Source: Marinobacter sp. HL-58
GTDB taxonomy: Bacteria > Pseudomonadota > Gammaproteobacteria > Pseudomonadales > Oleiphilaceae
Length of the DNA stretch: 32,000 nt
Reading direction: 5' to 3'
Assembly (NCBI RefSeq): GCF_001314605.1
Contig: NZ_LIHP01000012.1
Coordinates: 24,080 to 56,079, forward strand
Every line of letters starts with the position of its first letter. Positions within the stretch are counted from its first letter, which is position 1. The notes under the pieces are model-generated. The model did no database searches, was not told where the DNA came from, and was given only the letters and a program-made list of their open reading frames with translations. The translations under genes were made by a program, and so were the position numbers. Below, piece after piece: positions 17,011 through 24,238 of this stretch.

Positions 17011-18837
17011 ATGGACTTCAGGAGCAAGCCGGACACGAACTTCCGGAATATTGATGATCTGACCGAGAAGGAAGCCGCGGAGGAGGCGCGTGCCCTGCGT
17101 GATGGAATCAATTATCACGACCACCTGTACTACGTGAAAAACGCACCAAAGATATCGGATGCCGTCTATGACCAATTGTTTCAGCGCCTTGAGGATCTGG
17201 AGGCCGCTTTTCCCGACCTGAAAACCGAAGATTCGCCGACAGTCCGCATCGGCGCCGAGCCGGTGAGCAAACTGACCAAGATTCGGCATGCGGCACCGCT
17301 GCTTAGCCTGCAGGCGACCCTGGAGTGCAAGGCCGTCGAGTCCTTTCTGAGAACCGCACGCGACAAGTCGGGAACAACATCCGTCCGCTACTGCCTGGAG
17401 CCGAAGTTTGACGGGTTGTCGGTCGAGGTCGTCTACCACGATGGAAGGTTCAAGCATGGCAGCACGCGCGGCGATGGCATGGTGGGCGAGGACATTTCCC
17501 ACAATCTGAAGACCATACGTTCTCTGCCACTTTGCCTGCAGGAGGCTGACGGGGCATCCGGCAGGGTAGCGGTCCGCGCCGAGGTTTACATGTCCAGGGA
17601 AGGATTCGTTGCACTGAACCGACAACGAGTGGAGCGGGGTCAGGATACCTTTGCCAACCCCCGCAATGCTGCGGCCGGAATGATGCGGCAGCTGGAATCG
17701 CGTAACGTCGCCGGCAAGCCCTTCGATATTGTTTTCTACGAGATACTGGCAGCCGACAGCCAGCTCCCCCCCACCCACTGCGAAGTCCTGGATCAGTTGT
17801 CTCGCTGGGGGCTGAGGGTCAGCCCCCTGAACGACTCTGGCAGCTCTCTGGAGGACATTCGGGCCTTTCATCAGGATCTGGCCAAGCGCCGGGACGTCCT
17901 CGATTACGAGATCGACGGGATTGTCGTCAAGGTCGACGATCATGGCCTGCGCGACGAGCTGGGTAACCGGCACCGCAACCCACGCTGGGCTATCGCGTGG
18001 AAGTTTGAGCCGTGCGAGGAAGTCACTACAGTCGCGGACATTGTCGTCCAGGTCGGGCGCACGGGCATACTGACACCTGTCGCGCTGCTGCAGCCGGTGG
18101 ACGTCGGTGGCGTCACGGTCAGCCGTGCAACCCTGCATAACGCCAACGAGGTACGGCGCAAGGATATCCGGGTCGGTGATTGCGTCCGTGTGATACGCGC
18201 CGGTGACGTCATCCCGGAAATCGAAAAGCGCATCGGGCAAAAGGGCAGCAAGCGCGCGGCACCCTTCTCCATGCCCCGTCGCTGCCCAGCATGCGGTTCG
18301 AAGGTCCAGCGCAAAGGCGCCTATTACCTGTGCAACGCAGGCCTTTCCTGCCCCGCACAGTTAGTCACCCGTCTGCAGCACTTCGCTTCCCGCGATGCAA
18401 TGGATATCAAACATCTTGGTGAACACACCGCGGCCCAGTTGGTAGAGCGGGGCCTGGTGCACGATCTTGCCGATCTTTATGGCCTCACCGTTGAGGACCT
18501 TGAGTCTCTGGACGGGTTCGCGGAGCGGTCGGCGAAACAGCTTCATGATGCCATCCAGGGGGCTAAAAAGCCGCCACTGGACCGATTTCTCTATGCCCTC
18601 GGCATTCGTCACGTGGGGCAACGTGTGGCACGTCAGTTGGCCAATGAATACGGTGCCCTGGAAAGCCTGGCCGCAGCCGGACAGCAAGACATCGGGAATA
18701 TTCCGGATATCGGCAAGGAGACGGCAGAGTCGGTGGCGGACTTCTTCGCCGACCACCAGAATCGTGATGTCCTCAACCGTCTTTACAAGGCGGGAATGGA
18801 TGTGCAGCCCATGCCCGGTAAGCACAGACAACCCTAG
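17011..18837 (+). CDS. ligA: NAD+-dependent DNA ligase (LigA family) lacking the C-terminal BRCT domain
   Basis: Domain Ia: INYHDHLYYVKNAPKISDAVYDQLF. Adenylation motif: EPKFDGLSVEV (KxDG). Also TRGDGMVGEDIS, IDGIVVKVD and NPRWAIAWKF. The four-Cys zinc finger is CPACGSKV..YLCNAGLSCPAQ. HhH repeats follow. The protein ends at ...YKAGMDVQPMPGKHRQP, where BRCT would begin. ATG 16990 is the upstream in-frame alternative. I prefer 17011 because the predicted TSS is about 16988 and GGGGAG (16994-16999) precedes it. Confidence 0.92.
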   Translation: MDFRSKPDTNFRNIDDLTEKEAAEEARALRDGINYHDHLYYVKNAPKISDAVYDQLFQRLEDLEAAFPDLKTEDSPTVRIGAEPVSKLTKIRHAAPLLSLQATLECKAVESFLRTARDKSGTTSVRYCLEPKFDGLSVEVVYHDGRFKHGSTRGDGMVGEDISHNLKTIRSLPLCLQEADGASGRVAVRAEVYMSREGFVALNRQRVERGQDTFANPRNAAAGMMRQLESRNVAGKPFDIVFYEILAADSQLPPTHCEVLDQLSRWGLRVSPLNDSGSSLEDIRAFHQDLAKRRDVLDYEIDGIVVKVDDHGLRDELGNRHRNPRWAIAWKFEPCEEVTTVADIVVQVGRTGILTPVALLQPVDVGGVTVSRATLHNANEVRRKDIRVGDCVRVIRAGDVIPEIEKRIGQKGSKRAAPFSMPRRCPACGSKVQRKGAYYLCNAGLSCPAQLVTRLQHFASRDAMDIKHLGEHTAAQLVERGLVHDLADLYGLTVEDLESLDGFAERSAKQLHDAIQGAKKPPLDRFLYALGIRHVGQRVARQLANEYGALESLAAAGQQDIGNIPDIGKETAESVADFFADHQNRDVLNRLYKAGMDVQPMPGKHRQP

Positions 18838-18875
18838 AAATTCAGCGCATGTTGAGGACAACATTCAGCGGCAAG

Positions 18876-18889
18876 TTGATGCTCATCAA
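18876..18889. promoter_or_regulatory. FNR/ANR-type box 4 (TTGATgctcATCAA, perfect consensus), upstream of pcm-ere
   Basis: 10/10 match to TTGAT-N4-ATCAA, within a 16-bp palindrome GTTGATGctCATCAAC. It lies 70 nt before the SD-backed GTG start at 18960. The best -10 candidate, GATAGT (18918-18923), is 6 bp further than class II spacing. Confidence 0.55.
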
Positions 18890-18959
18890 CTTCACCGTGC
18901 GGATTACTGCCACGCTTGATAGTGCATCGCTCAAAACAAGTGTATCGAGGAGGCCCATT

Positions 18960-20954
18960 GTGGATACCGACCTACGCTCCAGCAAAAAACAAGCATTCCT
19001 GGATCTGTTGAAAAAACGTGGTATCCAGGACAAACGGGTGCTGGAAGCCATGGCGACTGTTCCACGGGAGGCATTTGTCGGCCTTGATCTCGCTGAGCTG
19101 GCCTATGATGACTCCCCCTTGCCCATAGAGAATGGCCAAACAATCTCCCAGCCATACATTGTGGCTCTGATGACCGAGGCAATGCAGCTCAGACCGTCAG
19201 ACACTGTGCTGGAGATAGGCACCGGCTCCGGCTACGCAGCGGCTGTTCTTTCCCGGATCGTGAAGCAGGTTTATACCATTGAGCGCCACCGGGGACTGGC
19301 AGAGCAGGCCCGCGAGCGCTTGTCATCATTGGGCTATGACAATGTCTCGGTCAGGTGCGGTGACGGCACTCTTGGCTGGCCGGAGCATGCCCCTTTTGAC
19401 GCCATTGTTGTGACAGCCGGAGGGCCCTCGGTGCCCCTGTCACTTACCAGGCAACTGGTTATTGGTGGCCGCCTGATCATTCCTGTGGGCCAGTCTCTGC
19501 ATGATCAGAAGCTGCAACGTATTACCCGTGTCAGCGAAGATGACATCAGAACCGAGGAACTCGGTGGGGTCAGGTTTGTTCCATTGATCGGTGAAGAGGG
19601 TTGGCGAGATGTGGAAGGCAGGTTGAACAGACCGCCCCCGGGGAAGGTCGAGCCCGCTGCTGCGCTTTCCGAGCAGATCCGGAGCCAGGCGATTCACATT
19701 CCCTCCATAGAGAGTGTCGATCTCGGCGGCCTGCTGTCACGAATCGGAGATTCCCGCCTGGTGCTGCTGGGTGAAGCCAGCCATGGCACCGCGGAGTTCT
19801 ACGAGATGCGTGCGCGCATCACCAGGGAGCTGATTGAGAAAAAAGGCTTCCACTTTGTGGCCGTGGAAGCGGACTGGCCCGATGCCGCCCAGATCGATCA
19901 TTTTGTCCGTGAAACCCGAAAGGAGCCAACACAAGAGCTCACCTTCAGCCGCTTCCCCACGTGGATGTGGGCAAACCGACAGGTTGCGAATTTTGTGCAA
20001 TGGCTACGCCACCATAACCGGCAAGCAGATACCGGGGATCAGGCGGTGGGATTCTTCGGCCTGGATCTTTACAGCCTCTATTCCTCCATCAATGCCATCA
20101 TCGGTTACCTGGAACAGGTGGACACAGAGGCAGCCGCGGTTGCCCGCGAGCGGTATGGCTGCCTGACACCCTGGGAAAAGGATCCGGCAACCTATGGCAG
20201 AGTAGCGCTCACCAGGCAACAGCTGAGTTGCGAACAGGATGTCGTGGCAATGCTGAACATGCTGATGCAGAAACGGCTGGAATATTCAGCCCATGATGGT
20301 CGCAGGTTCCTCGATGCAGTATCCAATGCCCGTCTGGTAAAGAACGCCGAGCATTTTTATCGTTCCATGTACGATGGTTCGGTCAAATCCTGGAACCTGC
20401 GCGACCAGCACATGTTCGATACGCTGGAAAGCCTGCTTGATTTTCATGGCCCTGACAGCAAGGCGATTGTCTGGGCGCATAATTCCCACCTGGGGAACGC
20501 AGAGGCGACAGAAATGGGGTCTCGTGGCGAGATCAACGTGGGTTCTCTATGCCGCCAGCGTTTCGGGGAGACCGCCTATCTCATCGGCTTCGGCACGCAT
20601 CAGGGTACAGTAGCGGCGGCATCTGACTGGGGCGCACCCATGGAAGTCAAAAACATTGTGCCGTCGACGCCTGACAGTTATGAGCGTCTTTGCCATGACG
20701 CTGGCCTGAACGCATTTTTCCTGCCTCTGCGTCATGGCGAAAAGAACCTTGTGAAGGAACTGCAGCGGCCAAGACTGGAGCGGGCCATTGGCGTGATCTA
20801 TCGCCCGGAAACGGAAATAGCCAGTCACTACTTCATCGCATCCCTGTCCAGGCAGTTTGACGAATATATCTGGTTTGACAAAACCCGGGCGGTGGATGCG
20901 CTGGGACCGGAAGCGGGCAAGGGTATGCCGGAGACCTTCCCGTTCGGTCTCTGA
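18960..20954 (+). CDS. pcm: fusion protein: protein-L-isoaspartate O-methyltransferase (Pcm) N-terminal domain + erythromycin-esterase-like (Ere/ChaN-type) C-terminal domain
   Basis: The Pcm part (to about 19605) has VPREAFV, GQTISQPYIVALM, LEIGTGSGYAAAVL, FDAIVVTAG and VRFVPLIGEEGW, colinear with E. coli Pcm. The Ere-like part (from about 19700) has RLVLLGEASHGTAEFY and VAVEADWPDA. The start is assigned to GTG 18960, with AGGAGG (18948-18953) 6 nt upstream. The track's ATG 18849 would add 37 aa with no homology and would cover the FNR box. Confidence 0.85.
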   Translation: MDTDLRSSKKQAFLDLLKKRGIQDKRVLEAMATVPREAFVGLDLAELAYDDSPLPIENGQTISQPYIVALMTEAMQLRPSDTVLEIGTGSGYAAAVLSRIVKQVYTIERHRGLAEQARERLSSLGYDNVSVRCGDGTLGWPEHAPFDAIVVTAGGPSVPLSLTRQLVIGGRLIIPVGQSLHDQKLQRITRVSEDDIRTEELGGVRFVPLIGEEGWRDVEGRLNRPPPGKVEPAAALSEQIRSQAIHIPSIESVDLGGLLSRIGDSRLVLLGEASHGTAEFYEMRARITRELIEKKGFHFVAVEADWPDAAQIDHFVRETRKEPTQELTFSRFPTWMWANRQVANFVQWLRHHNRQADTGDQAVGFFGLDLYSLYSSINAIIGYLEQVDTEAAAVARERYGCLTPWEKDPATYGRVALTRQQLSCEQDVVAMLNMLMQKRLEYSAHDGRRFLDAVSNARLVKNAEHFYRSMYDGSVKSWNLRDQHMFDTLESLLDFHGPDSKAIVWAHNSHLGNAEATEMGSRGEINVGSLCRQRFGETAYLIGFGTHQGTVAAASDWGAPMEVKNIVPSTPDSYERLCHDAGLNAFFLPLRHGEKNLVKELQRPRLERAIGVIYRPETEIASHYFIASLSRQFDEYIWFDKTRAVDALGPEAGKGMPETFPFGL

Positions 20955-20965
20955 TCAAGGCTACC

Positions 20966-21009
20966 CAGTTGACCATGGTCAAGTCGGGACCCGGGCATTT
21001 ATTTGATGA
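20966..21009 (+). repeat. conserved promoter module, copy B (contains box 5)
   Basis: cagttgaccatggtcaagtcgggacccgggcatttatttgatga matches 36/44 positions of 16937..16980. Confidence 0.8.
20969..20982. promoter_or_regulatory. FNR/ANR-type box 5 (TTGACcatgGTCAA), upstream of the GH57-malQ-gap-...-treZ string
   Basis: 8/10 to consensus with both cores intact. GATGAT (21005-21010, 4/6 to TATAAT) starts 29.5 bp from the centre. The predicted TSS near 21017 is 20 nt before ATG 21037. Confidence 0.5.
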
Positions 21010-21036
21010 TGGAAATGCTCAATCAGGAATCTGGCC

Positions 21037-22728
21037 ATGTCTGACAAACCACTTCGGCTCGTATTGTGCTGGCATATGCACCAACCCGACTACTGTGACC
21101 CCGCCAGCGGCCAGTATCTTTCACCATGGGTCTATCTTCACGCCATCAAGGACTATACAGACATGGCGTCTCACCTGGAGGAGGCCCCGGAGGGAACGAA
21201 AGTCGCGGTCAATTTCCCTCCGGTGCTTCTGGAGCAGATCCGGGATTATGGGGGTCGGCTGCAGTCGTTCCTCGATAACGGAACCGCGATCGGCGGCCCA
21301 CTGCTGGACGCCCTGATCACAGAACAACTGCCCCAGGACCAGCAGCAGCGCCACGATCTGCTCACGCGATGTCTGCAAGCCCACCAGGCGCGAATGATCG
21401 AGCCCCTCCCCGCCTTCGACAGACTGGTCATCATGACCCGGGCAGCCCTGGAAACCGGACCCGGCCCCCGCTATCTGTCTGACACCCAACTGGCGGATTT
21501 GCTGGTGTGGTATCACCTGGCCTGGACCGGCGAGACAGTGCGGCGCCAAGAACCTCTGGTAGCCGAACTCATGGAGCAGGAAAGTGACTATTCCCTGGAG
21601 AATCGACGCGACCTGCTGGCGCTGATCAGCAAACTGATGGGTAATCTGATAGAACGCTACCGACTGTTGGCCGAACAGGGCACCGTCGAGCTGAGCGCAA
21701 GTCCCTATTCCCATCCGATGCTGCCCCTGCTGCTGGATCTGCAATCCGCTCGCGAAGCCCAGCCCGACGCCGAGCTACCCGAGTCACCTTGTTATCCCGG
21801 TGGCGAGGAGCGGGCGATCTGGCAATTGGCACGGGCCCGCGAAGCGTTTCAGGATTTTTTTGAACTCGAGCCCGCCGGTTGCTGGCCCTCGGAGGGGGGG
21901 CTGTCGGAGCGCACGGTGGCACTGATTGGAGAGGCCGGTTTCCAGTGGACGGCCAGTGGTCAGGGGGTACTGCGACACAGTCTTGAAGAACCGGAGCCCA
22001 CCGGTGACGACCTGCACCGCCCCCGGCGGCTTCAGGCTGGCGGGCCCCTGTGTTTTTTCCGGGATGACGGTCTGTCTGACCTGATCGGTTTTACTTATCA
22101 GAACTGGCATGCCCGGGATGCGGTTGCCGACCTGATTCATCACCTGCGAACCATTGCCGGCAACAAGAAGGCTCGTCCGGGGCGGGTGGTCAGCATCATT
22201 CTTGATGGTGAAAACCCCTGGGAGCACTATGCCCAGAACGGATTTTACTTTCTCCGGCAGCTGTACACAGACCTTGCGGATTGCCCGGAGGTGCGGCTGG
22301 TACATTTTTCCGATTGCGTGAAGGAGCTTGAGGGACAGGTCGATGAGCTACCAACACTGGTGGCCGGCAGTTGGGTCAATGGCAACTTCGATACCTGGAT
22401 CGGCAATCCCGACAAGAACAGGGCCTGGGACCTGCTCTGCCAGGCCAAGGCTGCCGTCGACAAGACGCTTCCCGACATAGAAGATGAGGAACGGCAGGCG
22501 GCTGTCGAACGACAACTGGCGGTGTGCGAGGGTTCCGACTGGTTCTGGTGGTTCGGGGACTACAACCCCGCCGGGACCGTAACAGAGTTCGATACGCTCT
22601 ACCGTCGCCAACTCGTTGCGCTCTACGAATTGCTGGAACAAACACCGCCGGATAACCTGGACAACCCAATTGGTCACGGCTCCGGGCAACCCGAAGCCGG
22701 TGGCACTATGCGCCGGGGGACACAATGA
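21037..22728 (+). CDS. glycoside hydrolase family 57 protein (alpha-amylase/4-alpha-glucanotransferase-like)
   Basis: GH57 conserved regions are present: CWHMHQPDY, CWPSEGG (nucleophile Glu region), ILDGENPWEHY (acid/base Asp region), GSDWFWWFGD. The HQP type differs from the HxHLP type I associate with GH57 branching enzymes. Confidence 0.87.
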   Translation: MSDKPLRLVLCWHMHQPDYCDPASGQYLSPWVYLHAIKDYTDMASHLEEAPEGTKVAVNFPPVLLEQIRDYGGRLQSFLDNGTAIGGPLLDALITEQLPQDQQQRHDLLTRCLQAHQARMIEPLPAFDRLVIMTRAALETGPGPRYLSDTQLADLLVWYHLAWTGETVRRQEPLVAELMEQESDYSLENRRDLLALISKLMGNLIERYRLLAEQGTVELSASPYSHPMLPLLLDLQSAREAQPDAELPESPCYPGGEERAIWQLARAREAFQDFFELEPAGCWPSEGGLSERTVALIGEAGFQWTASGQGVLRHSLEEPEPTGDDLHRPRRLQAGGPLCFFRDDGLSDLIGFTYQNWHARDAVADLIHHLRTIAGNKKARPGRVVSIILDGENPWEHYAQNGFYFLRQLYTDLADCPEVRLVHFSDCVKELEGQVDELPTLVAGSWVNGNFDTWIGNPDKNRAWDLLCQAKAAVDKTLPDIEDEERQAAVERQLAVCEGSDWFWWFGDYNPAGTVTEFDTLYRRQLVALYELLEQTPPDNLDNPIGHGSGQPEAGGTMRRGTQ

Positions 22729-24209
22729 GCGCCCGCAAAAGCTGGCTGCAGGGCAAGCGAGCCGGCGTGCTTCTGCATATAACGTCGCTACCGGGAACCG
22801 GTGAGCTGGGCAATCTGGGGCCCGATGCCTACCGCTTTGTCGATTTCCTGGCAGCCGCAGGTTTTTCCACCTGGCAGATTTTGCCGGTCGGCCCCGTCAA
22901 GGATGATCTGTCACCCTATAATGCCCAGTCCAGCTTTGCCGGCCACATCGGGCTGCTTAGCCCGCAATTGCTCCAGAAAGACGGGCTACTGCCGGAAACC
23001 ACGGAATTCAAGGGTGGCGATGAGACCAGTCGGCAGGAACTGGTGGAGCACACCTGGCAGACATTCCAGCGCGACGCCAGCCACCGGGACTGGGCCCGGT
23101 ATAAGCAGTTCCGACAGGATCACGCCGGCTGGCTGCCGGATTACGCGCTGTTCCGGGTTCTGCGACGGCAACACGGCGGCCAGCCCTGGTACCGCTGGCC
23201 CGCGCCGCTCCGATGCCGGCAGCCAGCGGCGCTTGATGCCGCCCGCAACGACCACGAGGATGCCCTGCAACAGGAGTGTTTCGGGCAATTCCTGTTCTTT
23301 GACCAGTGGTCGCGGTTATCTGCCTATGCCAAACGCTATGGCATTGAGCTCTTCGGGGATATGCCGATCTATGTGGCTGCCGACAGCGCCGACGTGTGGT
23401 GCTGGCAGGACTATTTCACCTTCGACGACGATGGCCGCCAACTGGCCCAGGCCGGTGTGCCCCCGGACGCCTTCAGCGACACCGGTCAGCTCTGGGGCAA
23501 TCCCCTCTACCGCTGGGACCGAATGGCCAGCGATGGCTACAGCTGGTGGATCGAACGCTTTCGCCTCCAGAGCATGCTGTTCAACATACTGCGGGTCGAC
23601 CACTTCCGCGGTTTCGAATCCTGCTGGGAGGTGCCGGCAGACGCAGATACCGCCGAGCATGGGCACTGGGTACCGGGCCCTGGCCGGGCGCTCTTCGATG
23701 CGGTGTTTGACGCCCTGGGGCCCTTGCAACTGGTTGCGGAGGATCTGGGCAGCATTACCCGGGAAGTGACTGCCCTGCGCAAGGACCTGGGTTTCCCCGG
23801 CATGCGCGTGCTGCAGTTCGCCTTTGAGGGGGATGCAGACAACCCCCACCGCCTTCAACACCATACCCCGGACACGGTGGTTTACACCGGTACCCACGAC
23901 AACGACACCACACTGGGGTGGTGGCTTTCGTTATCCAAAGCACAACAGGCGACTGTACTCGACAGCCTGGATCAGCCGATACAGGCAATGCCGGCCCCCC
24001 TGATCCACGCCACGCTGGATTCCCCGGCCAGGCTGGCCATTATTCCCATGCAAGACCTGCTGAAACTGGGTTCAGAAGCCCGCATGAACACGCCAGGCAC
24101 TGTAAAGGGCAACTGGACCTGGCGTTTCCAGTGGGCCGATATGCCCGGGAATCTGGCCGCTGACTATCGCAGTCTGATAGCGGAATGTGGGCGTTTGCGG
24201 GCTGACTGA
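22725..24209 (+). CDS. malQ: 4-alpha-glucanotransferase (amylomaltase, GH77)
   Basis: Motifs seen: GVLLHITSLPG, GDMPIYVAADSADVW, LRVDHFRGF, VAEDLG, YTGTHDNDT. ATGA overlaps the GH57 stop (22725-22728). Confidence 0.95.
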   Translation: MSARKSWLQGKRAGVLLHITSLPGTGELGNLGPDAYRFVDFLAAAGFSTWQILPVGPVKDDLSPYNAQSSFAGHIGLLSPQLLQKDGLLPETTEFKGGDETSRQELVEHTWQTFQRDASHRDWARYKQFRQDHAGWLPDYALFRVLRRQHGGQPWYRWPAPLRCRQPAALDAARNDHEDALQQECFGQFLFFDQWSRLSAYAKRYGIELFGDMPIYVAADSADVWCWQDYFTFDDDGRQLAQAGVPPDAFSDTGQLWGNPLYRWDRMASDGYSWWIERFRLQSMLFNILRVDHFRGFESCWEVPADADTAEHGHWVPGPGRALFDAVFDALGPLQLVAEDLGSITREVTALRKDLGFPGMRVLQFAFEGDADNPHRLQHHTPDTVVYTGTHDNDTTLGWWLSLSKAQQATVLDSLDQPIQAMPAPLIHATLDSPARLAIIPMQDLLKLGSEARMNTPGTVKGNWTWRFQWADMPGNLAADYRSLIAECGRLRAD

Positions 24210-24238
24210 ACATTGAAATAATGTGGAACGAGGATTAA

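Noticed and set aside
16936-18240. 434-aa minus-strand ORF opposite the NAD+ ligase
   Set aside because: It is entirely antisense to a gene with unambiguous ligase motifs. No motif or SD is present, and the composition is that of a shadow ORF. The same reasoning applies to 6312..7496(+), 9487..10617(+), 11593..12495(+), 14565..15536(+), 22801..23769(+), 28827..29747(-), 29852..31024(-) and the other long antisense ORFs in the track.
18849-18959. ATG 18849 as the start of the Pcm-Ere fusion
   Set aside because: The extra 37 aa have no Pcm counterpart, and the region contains the perfect FNR-type palindrome. GTG 18960 has AGGAGG at ideal spacing and aligns with the E. coli Pcm start.
20993-21007. 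Sigma-54 promoter (GGGCAT-N-TTGA as GG-N10-GC)
   Set aside because: With GG fixed, the -12 position falls on AT rather than GC, and TTGC is not present at either allowed spacing.
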